Of a stretch of 64,000 bases of DNA, positions 10,350 to 18,361 are shown in pieces. Source of the DNA: Candidatus Thorarchaeota archaeon (GTDB taxonomy: Archaea > Asgardarchaeota > Thorarchaeia > Thorarchaeales > Thorarchaeaceae). The notes under the pieces are model-generated. The model was given only the letters and a program-made list of their open reading frames with translations. It was not told the origin of the DNA and did not search any database. The DNA is taken from the NCBI GenBank assembly GCA_029855935.1, contig JAGSHN010000012.1, positions 32,001 through 96,000 on the forward strand, in the 5' to 3' direction. Both the position numbers and the translations under genes were made by a program. The stretch's first letter is position 1, and every line of letters starts with the position of its first letter.

Positions 10350-12578
10350 TCACAACGAAGGCAGAAAGAACATGATGGCGCTCCAGAGGACCCATATGAC
10401 TGTGACAATGGCCTCACCCGCCACGACCCCGCTCAGAACCCTACTGGGCCTGTCCGTCCGCATCTCCTGTACCTCTATGCGCTCTGGAAGCGGATCCCGT
10501 GGTGCGTCTCTCTTTATCTTGTAGTCGACTACTCCTCCAATCAACATTGCCATCGAGGTCGCAGGAGGGATGAGAAGGCCCACTACGAGACTCATCGGAC
10601 TCAGGCCGCGCCTGTTGAGGAACCGCCCCATAAGATACCCGCTTATGCCGAAGGAGAGGAGGTAGACGAACTGCAACCAGGCTGGCACACCTGGGAAGAG
10701 TGTGGTGTCCATTCCCGGCAGCACAAGGTTGCCGATGTTCTGCAGGCTGATCACGAGGAATCCGAAGAGCTGGGCCGCAGGTGCCGGAAAGTCTGTTGTC
10801 CCGAAGTGATACGTCCTGTATATCATGTAGATCATCAGAGATCCCACAAACGTCCCAAGGAGCGCGCCGAGGAACACCGCTTTGAATATGTCACGTCCCC
10901 GGACTCCTGTGAGTCTTCCCAGCTTGAGATGAACCAGCAGTGCGACCGCCGCGTCCTGAAGTGCTCCCAACATCGATATGAACGTCGTTATGGCCTGAAA
11001 TGTGGCGTGAAAGACGAGTATTGCTGGTATTGACATCACATCTGAGATGTAGCCTGCCAGCATCCCTGTTTCACTGATGGCTCTTGCCGTGAAGTAGGCG
11101 GAAATAAGCGCGAGGGGAGCACCGAGCACGAACAACAACCAGTGTATCTCAAGACCTGGGAACGGCCTGATGATGGAGAATATGGCAATTCCAATGATCG
11201 TGTAGATGGTGACCGAAACCAAGGCCACCCAGACTGGGACTTGGCCACGCCTAGAACTGAGGTATTCTCGAGGGTTGTGAACCATCTCCCGAATCTCCTC
11301 CCTGAGCGAGGTCATCGAGACCGTGAGGCGTCTCTCCATCATCCGTCTTATGTCCGAAACAGAGTGGGGATGGTCTATGGTGACGACCTCCTCCTCCTCC
11401 TTCTGCCTCCCCAGCCCCTCAGATGCCAACTCCTCAAATTCATCGGGTGTGAGCGAGTCGCCTCCCCTGCTCAGTGCAATGTCGCCCGATATGATGGTCG
11501 CGAAGACCCCGAGGACGAGATAGAGTATCTCCGGCCGGTGCAGATGGCTCCCATACGGAATGGGCTGGGCCCCTTCCAACACCACCCATATGCCCAGTGA
11601 TATGACACTCCCCAGCACGAGGATAACAGTTCTCTTCCATCCCACAAAGTATCCTATTGCAGCCACAAGTGGAGAGTTACTAATTCCAATCCAGTCGGGG
11701 ATGGCTGCCGCAGGGGCCAGCACAGACTTTAGCATATGCGGTAGCGATGAGAGACTCTCTCCGCTGATGGTCTCCGCGACCTTGGTGACCCCCACCCAGG
11801 CGCCTGAGGTGACGAGTCCTGTCGCCACATCCATCTTGGCAGCCCTGTCCATTCCGAGCGAGACTATGCACTCAGCCTGTGGCTTGACCTGGGGCCACGG
11901 CTCGCTCTCGAACCTGTCCCTCAACGGAGCAAGCAGAATCAATCCGAAGACGGCACTGGCCCCAGTCACGAAGACTATGAACGGGTACGTTATCAGGGCG
12001 GGAGCAACATCAGGGGCAAAGATCTCAATCGCCGGAAAGGTGATCAGAACACCCATCGATATCATCGACGAGCCGTTGGCAATGGCCACAGCGATGGTGT
12101 TTTCCTCAGGGGTGTATCTGCCCCTTGCACCAAGGATGAGTGCACCGAGCATCTCTGCACCGACAAAGTAGACGACTCCGAGCTTCAGCGCGAGGTATAT
12201 CCCCATGAAGGTCATCACTATCCCAACAAGTATACCTGTCGATATGGCGCGCTTTGTCAATGGGAATTTGGGCTCAATCATCACCAGAACGAAGATGGTG
12301 ACTCCGCCAATCGCCATGACTGTGATCTCCGTGAACATATGCAGGGTCATACTTGCAAAGAGGTAGATGACCACACCAAGAAAGATGGCTCCGACATCGC
12401 GCTTCGTGACTGTGGGACGATTGAGCGAGAGGTGAACAAGTGCAGCCTCAATCACAATGGCACAATACACACTTGGGTCCAGCCACCGCCCTTCGAGAAG
12501 AATGACGATTGCGTAGAAAAGCCCTGCTCCGAAGAGCCCGGCCAGGGTCATTCTCGTGGATCTGCGGTCTGTGAGCAA
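10350..12578 (-). CDS. OPT/YSL-family oligopeptide transporter
   Basis: YLALKLG, TPEENTI, DFPAPAA and SGVVAGEAI motifs; many TM helices. Confidence 0.8.
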   Translation of the reverse strand: MLTDRRSTRMTLAGLFGAGLFYAIVILLEGRWLDPSVYCAIVIEAALVHLSLNRPTVTKRDVGAIFLGVVIYLFASMTLHMFTEITVMAIGGVTIFVLVMIEPKFPLTKRAISTGILVGIVMTFMGIYLALKLGVVYFVGAEMLGALILGARGRYTPEENTIAVAIANGSSMISMGVLITFPAIEIFAPDVAPALITYPFIVFVTGASAVFGLILLAPLRDRFESEPWPQVKPQAECIVSLGMDRAAKMDVATGLVTSGAWVGVTKVAETISGESLSSLPHMLKSVLAPAAAIPDWIGISNSPLVAAIGYFVGWKRTVILVLGSVISLGIWVVLEGAQPIPYGSHLHRPEILYLVLGVFATIISGDIALSRGGDSLTPDEFEELASEGLGRQKEEEEVVTIDHPHSVSDIRRMMERRLTVSMTSLREEIREMVHNPREYLSSRRGQVPVWVALVSVTIYTIIGIAIFSIIRPFPGLEIHWLLFVLGAPLALISAYFTARAISETGMLAGYISDVMSIPAILVFHATFQAITTFISMLGALQDAAVALLVHLKLGRLTGVRGRDIFKAVFLGALLGTFVGSLMIYMIYRTYHFGTTDFPAPAAQLFGFLVISLQNIGNLVLPGMDTTLFPGVPAWLQFVYLLSFGISGYLMGRFLNRRGLSPMSLVVGLLIPPATSMAMLIGGVVDYKIKRDAPRDPLPERIEVQEMRTDRPSRVLSGVVAGEAIVTVIWVLWSAIMFFLPSL

Positions 12579-12675
12579 GCCATTGGCACCTCTCTAGTTG
12601 GGACGTCAGGGGCAAGACGCAATGCGTTTACGGTGGTTCTCGGCCGGCGGAAGACATTGTTCTGTTGATTGTCTT

Positions 12676-12996
12676 TTATACGTTGTTGGCCCTTTTCCTC
12701 TTCCTGAAGGAACTCTTGAGTGCGCGCGTGACATATTGGGCCGATACGCCAACGACCTCTATTACCTTCTCTCTATCTCCAAGGCCGCTCACGACCCTGA
12801 GACTGGCGGTTGACACTCCTAGTGTCTTGGCCAGCCTCTTGAGGAGCTCTGCATTGGCCTTTCCCCCGTGCGGCGGGCTCCGTACGTTCAGTACTATCTG
12901 ACCGTCATCAATGTCAGCTATGAAGGTCCTAGACTTGGACCGTGGGTGCACCAGTACTCTCAACAGAACTCCTGATGGGGTTTCTCTGACCGCCAC
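12676..12996 (-). CDS. DUF167 (UPF0235/YggU) family protein
   Basis: V.V.PRS...VRSPPHGGKANAELLKRLAKTLGV...SG...REK pattern. Confidence 0.9.
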   Translation of the reverse strand: MAVRETPSGVLLRVLVHPRSKSRTFIADIDDGQIVLNVRSPPHGGKANAELLKRLAKTLGVSTASLRVVSGLGDREKVIEVVGVSAQYVTRALKSSFRKRKRANNV

Positions 12997-13174
12997 TTTT
13001 CATCCGGCCATCTGAGAGAGTCCTTGACTCTCTCATAATCTCTCTGGTCAGACGATATTGAACGCAATGTGGACCTGCACCCAGCCCGGGGGCGCATCTG
13101 AGATTAACTTAAATCTTGGACCAGAGGACATCGTTGGTGAGATAGTGCTGAGCACTAGCAAGGGGTGAAACATA

Positions 13175-13555
13175 GTGTCTGATCCTGTAATGGAAGCCTA
13201 CACTCAGGCGTATAATAACTCCGGCCAGCTTGTTCAGGCGTTTGGCGTGATTACGACCTCTGGTCAAGTACTGTGGCAGAGCAATAACTGGGACCTCACT
13301 CAGGATGCCCCGGGCCTGATTGCGGCCCTCACGAAGGGGGCGCCCTCGGTTGTCCAGAACAACGTGAAGTATAGCACACTACGCACTACACCTGACAGTC
13401 TTGTCGCCCGAAATGTCGCTGGTAACGGAATACTGATACTCTCGCGCATCGATAGCGACAAGTTTGTCGTGGCTTGGGCCGCCCCAGATGCTGCTCCCGA
13501 TCAGGTATACGTTGATGTTGACCGGGCTGCAAAATGGCTCAGGGGCAAGATCTGA
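13175..13555 (+). CDS. Asgard-type profilin (copy 1)
   Basis: 126 aa; FGVITTSGQVLWQSNNWDL, VVQNNVKYSTLRTTPDSLVARNVAGNG match the profilin pattern; SD GGGGTGA upstream. Confidence 0.85.
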   Translation: MSDPVMEAYTQAYNNSGQLVQAFGVITTSGQVLWQSNNWDLTQDAPGLIAALTKGAPSVVQNNVKYSTLRTTPDSLVARNVAGNGILILSRIDSDKFVVAWAAPDAAPDQVYVDVDRAAKWLRGKI

Positions 13556-13742
13556 GACGCAACTGCCAATGGTGAGTGGGGCTGGAGAGGAGGACTGGCG
13601 TGTCACAATAGTGCGGCATCATCTGTGTGTCCACTGTGAGAACGACAAGGCCCTGTCCCTCTCGTGTGCGGCGTCATCCGCAGACGCACAATCTCTCCTC
13701 TCCCACATACTATTGGTAGATGTTGTGGGAGCCGTGACAGAG

Positions 13743-14123
13743 ATGACTGCGACGGACAGGATAGGAGATCTCTGGATGAAACTCTACTCGTACAATCCAA
13801 AGATTCAAGCATTTGCCGTCATCAAGGATTCACAGGTGGTCTGGCAGACCTCCAACTGGGACTTGGTTCCAGATGCTGAAGTCATCGCTCAGGCTTGCAA
13901 GAATGCCCCTCCCAGAATAGTTGTCGGTGGAATCGAGTACACGCGAATCTACTCTGACGACACATCATTTATTGCGAGTGCTGAGGGAGAGGGTGGCCAT
14001 ATTCTCGTCAGCCTCGTAGATGGCGCGACTTGGGTTGTTGGATGGGCCACACCCGATGCGGTTCCCGAGCTTGCTCAGATTGATCTCGGGATGGCTGCTG
14101 TCGCACTGGCTGGCACTATGTGA
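13743..14123 (+). CDS. Profilin-like paralog (copy 2)
   Basis: 126 aa from ATG 13743; FAVIKDSQVVWQTSNWDL and WVVGWATPDAVP align with copy 1 (FVVAWAAPDAAP). Confidence 0.75.
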   Translation: MTATDRIGDLWMKLYSYNPKIQAFAVIKDSQVVWQTSNWDLVPDAEVIAQACKNAPPRIVVGGIEYTRIYSDDTSFIASAEGEGGHILVSLVDGATWVVGWATPDAVPELAQIDLGMAAVALAGTM

Positions 14124-14190
14124 AGAACAATGGACCGGGCGCTAGACTTAGATATTCCTTTTCTCACTATTGAGGTCGAGGGAAATCCTG

Positions 14191-14424
14191 ATGGGTGTTG
14201 TGGCGTTCATAATGCTCAAGGTACGATCCGACTCCACGAGAAAGGTCCTTGAACAGGTCAAGTCGTTCAAGGAAACAAAGCAGGCACACATAATCTTTGG
14301 TGCCTACGACATGATAGTCAAGGCCGAGTTTGAGAACAACGACCAGCTCAGCAGGTTTGTGGTCGACAAGCTCAAGTCAATAGACGGTGTGATTGATACG
14401 GCCACAAATGTCTGTGCCCTTTGA
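14191..14424 (+). CDS. Stand-alone Lrp/AsnC ligand-binding (RAM) domain protein
   Basis: 77 aa; IFGAYDMIVK...IDGVIDTAT pattern; no HTH. Confidence 0.9.
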   Translation: MGVVAFIMLKVRSDSTRKVLEQVKSFKETKQAHIIFGAYDMIVKAEFENNDQLSRFVVDKLKSIDGVIDTATNVCAL

Positions 14425-14452
14425 GAGAGGGGCTTGGCCCCTGTGTCTACCA

Positions 14453-15220
14453 CTACTGTGGGAACAGAATCTCTCTCAGTTTGGAGTGGAGTCCGACCCA
14501 CTCTGGATGGCCACAGGCCTGTATTCTCCTGAGGAAGTTGTAGAGATCAAGCACCTCAGAGTCGATGACATCACCTCTAATCCTCTTGGCCACCTCTCTT
14601 CCCGCCTGCGCCTCTATTCGTGACAGGCGGATCATTGTCTCTATGAATTCCCTCTCCTGCTCTGCTGAAACGGTGATGCCGAATACTCTCCCGAGTCTGT
14701 CCAGCGTTCTGCGAATCTCGCGTTTGAGCACTGTTGAGTTTCTTCGGTAGGGATGTGGCACGATGACAAAGCCTCTTGCCGTACGTCTGTAGTAATCGGT
14801 GCTGCGCTTGCCTGTTCTCACAGTGCCGTACTTGATGACAAACCCCGTCTCGATGAGCCTGGGGAGATGGTGGTACACCTGATTCTTGGTCACCGGCTCG
14901 AACTCTCTATCCTCTGCGGATAGTTTCACAATCTCCATCACCGAGAGGGCGTGGCGCCTGACCTCCCGCTGGCGAATGATGAGCTCCCCTGTCTTTTCAT
15001 CGCGCGTCCTAGTAGTTATCGTGTCGGGAATCCCCTCTCTGAGCACCTTTATGATTGTCAACCTCACGGGGTCATCAATGACGTGCGCTGTTTCTTCATC
15101 GGTGACAAACACAAGCTCCCTCTGTGGTTTCTTACCCTCCTCCGTCAACTCCACATTGAGCAGAGTGTCCGTGAGGCGATCAGTATCTTCCGAATCCGTC
15201 GTGCCACTAGCTGGGGTCAT
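14453..15220 (-). CDS. ArsR-like winged-helix transcriptional regulator
   Basis: DDPVRLTIIKVL, KNQVYHHLPRLIETGFV, YYRRTA. Minus-strand TATA (15245-15252) about 25 nt upstream supports ATG 15220; alternative GTG 15235. Confidence 0.8.
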   Translation of the reverse strand: MTPASGTTDSEDTDRLTDTLLNVELTEEGKKPQRELVFVTDEETAHVIDDPVRLTIIKVLREGIPDTITTRTRDEKTGELIIRQREVRRHALSVMEIVKLSAEDREFEPVTKNQVYHHLPRLIETGFVIKYGTVRTGKRSTDYYRRTARGFVIVPHPYRRNSTVLKREIRRTLDRLGRVFGITVSAEQEREFIETMIRLSRIEAQAGREVAKRIRGDVIDSEVLDLYNFLRRIQACGHPEWVGLHSKLREILFPQ

Positions 15221-15275
15221 TATGATCTCTCTCACTCCCTCCCGATATATAAGGAACTAGATTGCGGTTGATATG

Positions 15276-15358
15276 ACCAACCATATACGTTGATATGGTA
15301 CGTTACACAAACCTTTTATGGCTTAGAATACCAACCATCCTGATACTAATGGTTGGTA
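15276..15358. promoter_or_regulatory. Two palindromic operator sites, ACCAACCAT-N10-ATGGTTGGT, flanking a TATA-like element
   Basis: Perfect TACCAACCAT-N10-ATGGTTGGTA at 15329-15358; degenerate ACCAACCAT-N10-ATGGTACGT at 15276-15303; TTTTAT lies between them. Confidence 0.75.
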
Positions 15359-15448
15359 GAGTAAACCATCGTGGCCTTGCTGTGTGCCTCGTCGTGTTGA
15401 ATGACGGTGACGGGCTCACTGCCAACACAACCAGCCGGAGGTGATGGA

Positions 15449-15556
15449 ATGGCGGTCGCAACGATTCGGAGTCGGTCACGTGACAGGGACGTGCGTGTAC
15501 CTCGCAGGATAGTCTCAACCGATGCAATCGGCTTCGCCTATGTGTACCGGAGGTAG
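15449..15556 (+). CDS. Unannotated 35-aa Arg-rich peptide MAVATIRSRSRDRDVRVPRRIVSTDAIGFAYVYRR
   Basis: Perfect SD GGAGGTGA at 15437-15444, ATG 15449, TAG 15554-15556, terminator immediately downstream; below the ORF-track size cutoff. Confidence 0.65.
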   Translation: MAVATIRSRSRDRDVRVPRRIVSTDAIGFAYVYRR

Positions 15557-15566
15557 GAAAGCACTA

Positions 15567-15600
15567 GGGCCTTCAGAGGCCCCCTCCTCTCTTCTTCTTC
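15567..15600 (+). terminator. Hairpin plus pyrimidine tract after the 35-aa ORF
   Basis: GGGCCT-tcag-AGGCCC followed by CCTCCTCTCTTCTTCTTC. Confidence 0.6.
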
Positions 15601-15728
15601 GGTCTGCCCACAATCTGCCTTAGTCTCCTATTGGGTGGACAGGGCCCGGATCTCATCGCGCTAGGCAGACCTGTCCTACTGCCGGGAGATTTGCAAGGAC
15701 TGTTGATCTCAGGGCATCGCTCAGGATA

Positions 15729-16118
15729 TCAGGTCCGTCTGATTGCCATGAGGTCCTCCAAGAACAACAGCCCGAAGATTAGGTCGACCGTCACCACGGC
15801 GGCGAGAAGGGCTGATGCCTGTCCGATAAGGAAGTAGCCGAGACCGACAATGAAGACCCACGTCTTCTCAAAGATTGCTATCTGCACGAGACCGTGATTC
15901 TTCTGGGGATCGAGGCCAATGAGATAGAAGCCTATTCCAAAGGCAAATATCAGGCCCATAAGGCAGTCGAACCAGAGCAGTGTGGGTGGGATGGTGTTTC
16001 CGCCGAGATAGAAGTAGGTGATGTCTATCCGCGGAAGTGTCAAGAAGAGGACAGACAGAATCCAGTTCCACAATGCAGCCACAGTGTACATTGCTCTATG
16101 ATATCTCTCGCGATTCAC
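15729..16118 (-). CDS. Small 4-TM membrane protein of unknown function
   Basis: Four hydrophobic segments, AALWN...EK...D..FG.LF pattern; start approximate. Confidence 0.7.
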   Translation of the reverse strand: MNRERYHRAMYTVAALWNWILSVLFLTLPRIDITYFYLGGNTIPPTLLWFDCLMGLIFAFGIGFYLIGLDPQKNHGLVQIAIFEKTWVFIVGLGYFLIGQASALLAAVVTVDLIFGLLFLEDLMAIRRT

Positions 16119-16170
16119 GAGCGGCCACCGGGAGCCTACTGGGCCCACCGGGATATAAAGGTCCAGCGGC

Positions 16171-17100
16171 TTACAAGGCAACCTGCTTGTTCTTGGCTGT
16201 GCGGAGATTCATCTCTGCTATCTGGAACTCTGGGTCAAGACGTAGAGCCTCCCTGTAGCACTCCATGGCCCGCTTCACTTCCCCCTTCTCTCGCAGGACG
16301 ACTCCAAGGTTGTTCCAGCCCCGTGGGTCCTCGGGGGCCATCTCCACGTACTGTTCGAAGAGCGGAATGGCCGCCTGCCATCGTCCCACTATCCATAGAC
16401 AGGTCGCAAGTCTGAAGAGGACCCGTGGCTGCTCCCACTCCGCCGCGAGGCTGGACCTGTAGAACTCCAGGGCGCGCTCATAATTCTCCTCCTCATAGCA
16501 CAGATCGCCTACGGTGTTGAATGCGTACACGGAGTCCTTGTTGAGTTCGAGTGCCATGTTCAGGCTCATCACCGCTGCATTGTATCGCTTCAGCCGTGCT
16601 TGGCAGATGCCGCGGAGCTCCCACGCCTCGTACTGGTCCTCATCCACGTCTATGATCTTGCTCGTCACGGACAACACTCTGTCACAGTCGGTGAGTCGGA
16701 ATGCCGCCTTTGCGAATGTAAGGAGCGTGTCTATCTCTGAACCGCCCAGCTTCACATACTCGCTGAACGCACGGACCGCATCACGGTATCTCTCCTCAGA
16801 GAACTCCAGTCTGCCGAGTGTGGACCAGATCTCCGCCCTCCGGGGATTAAGCCTTGCAGCGGTCTCGAGGGAGGATCTTGCCTCCTCTATCTTGCCCGTT
16901 TCATAAAGGAGTGACCCAAGGAGATACCATGCATTGCCTAGCTCGGGGTCAGCCGTGACAGCCTGGCGCAGGGTGTCAATTGCAGCGTGAATCTCTCCGA
17001 AGTCGACCAGACGCTGGGCCCTCTTGAGAAGGGAATATGCCTCACTCTCATTCTCTCGCCTGTCCAATGCAGAAGACCTCTGGGAGTTGTGTCGCGTCAT
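16171..17100 (-). CDS. Tetratricopeptide-repeat protein
   Basis: Multiple 34-aa repeats (AWYLLGSLLY, GWNNLGVVLREKG...ALRLDP). Confidence 0.9.
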   Translation of the reverse strand: MTRHNSQRSSALDRRENESEAYSLLKRAQRLVDFGEIHAAIDTLRQAVTADPELGNAWYLLGSLLYETGKIEEARSSLETAARLNPRRAEIWSTLGRLEFSEERYRDAVRAFSEYVKLGGSEIDTLLTFAKAAFRLTDCDRVLSVTSKIIDVDEDQYEAWELRGICQARLKRYNAAVMSLNMALELNKDSVYAFNTVGDLCYEEENYERALEFYRSSLAAEWEQPRVLFRLATCLWIVGRWQAAIPLFEQYVEMAPEDPRGWNNLGVVLREKGEVKRAMECYREALRLDPEFQIAEMNLRTAKNKQVAL

Positions 17101-17205
17101 GCAGCCGTCCGCATCCTGCAACCCCTGACCCGCGAGTCGCCTTTTCAACAATTCTAATACGTATCAGCAGATTCAAGGCATGTGGCTGAGTCCCCCTCGT
17201 TCCAC

Positions 17206-17661
17206 TCATAGTTCGAGTCGGATGGTTTCCCACTTGACGCGGCCCTCACGTACCGCATCTCTTATCTGCCTCTCCGTGCGGCTCAGCCGCGCGTTTCCCG
17301 TCTTCACATCGGCAAAGACTATCGTTATGGGCTCCCTGCTGCCACTGTCCTTTGCCCGTGTGTACCCGTCAAAGATTATGTAGTCAATCGGCGCACCAAT
17401 GAATCTCGCATCAGCCGGGTCGTACCTGAACACGCTTCGAAGCAGGGGAACAATCTGCTCCGCTATCTTTCCCTTCAGTACTTGGCGGCTGCGGTCGGCG
17501 GTTTCCTTCCGCAGCTTGTCCTCCTGTTCAGCCCACAGCTGTCTGAACCGTGCCTCCACAACCGCTATCCTGTTCCTCACGTACGCTCTCATCGCCAAGA
17601 AGACGATGGCCGCGATGGTCAGCCCGACTGCCAATCCTATCGCAAGATCGAGTGTTGTCAC
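17206..17661 (-). CDS. Membrane-anchored Holliday-junction-resolvase-related endonuclease (PD-(D/E)xK)
   Basis: N-terminal TM; SR.VLKGKIAEQ..P, DARFIGAPIDYIIFDG, F.DVKTG.ARLS..ERQIRDAV..GRV.W; start approximate. Confidence 0.85.
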   Translation of the reverse strand: MTTLDLAIGLAVGLTIAAIVFLAMRAYVRNRIAVVEARFRQLWAEQEDKLRKETADRSRQVLKGKIAEQIVPLLRSVFRYDPADARFIGAPIDYIIFDGYTRAKDSGSREPITIVFADVKTGNARLSRTERQIRDAVREGRVKWETIRLEL

Positions 17662-17879
17662 ATTCCAATATCTTGGCTCCCGCCTTTTATCTTCAAGTAA
17701 TCCGTGGGTCTGATGGCGCACAGCCCTCTGTTGCTGTGTCGAGGGGCGAACCATAGTCTACAGAGGCGGGTGCGAGCTAGTGATTCGGAACACGTTGGCG
17801 TCGGAGTAGATAAAATCAGTTAAATATGGGGGTTTACTCCATCGCATTGGTAGACTTGAACACAAAATGCGAGTTTCGG

Positions 17880-18347
17880 ATGGTGAGCCCATTGAGAGGA
17901 CGGGCACTGCTACTTGCTGTCATCATAGCCCTGTGGTTGGTCCCCACTGTATACGCATCGCCACGAACAACAGATGCAAGACTGGTCTATATCTCCAATG
18001 CATACTACACGGACCTTGACGGAGACTCCTGCCCTGATGACATCAAGATTCTCGTTGAGTTCGCGTTCGGCGAACTCGACCCGTCGAGGGTTGCCATAAA
18101 CCTGTGGATCATTCTGCCGTCTGGCGTGACCTACACGTTCAAGATCACCGTCTATCGTCCGCCTGACTGCTCCACGCTACAGATTGACTGTATGAATATG
18201 GCCTACGAGAGCGGATGGTACACTATCGACATGTCCGCCCGGCTGTCGGGCACCGTAGACGGTAGGTACGTAGTGACCGACACTTTTGCATTTGACCCGC
18301 CCACCGGCGGTGGCCCTGGTCTGCCAACCGTCAATGCGTACTTCTAG
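17880..18347 (+). CDS. Small secreted protein (module copy 1) with DxDGD motif and FDPP-GG C-terminus
   Basis: Signal peptide RGRALLLAVIIALWLVPTVYA; YYTDLDGDSCPDD, LPSG..YT, ESGWYT, FDPPTGGG; paralog of 48302-48796. Confidence 0.8.
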   Translation: MVSPLRGRALLLAVIIALWLVPTVYASPRTTDARLVYISNAYYTDLDGDSCPDDIKILVEFAFGELDPSRVAINLWIILPSGVTYTFKITVYRPPDCSTLQIDCMNMAYESGWYTIDMSARLSGTVDGRYVVTDTFAFDPPTGGGPGLPTVNAYF

Positions 18348-18361
18348 AGGGTTGCGTCCCA

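Noticed and set aside
10338-12171. Long + strand ORFs (231, 152, 203 aa) overlapping the OPT gene, and similar shadow ORFs throughout (e.g. 59313-60047, 62593-63348, 46228-46917)
   Set aside because: Antisense or alternative-frame artefacts expected at this GC content; the overlapping gene has clear family motifs.
17206-17661. HJR-related nuclease as a defence or mobile-element marker
   Set aside because: Common stand-alone family; no defence or mobility genes or compositional shift nearby.
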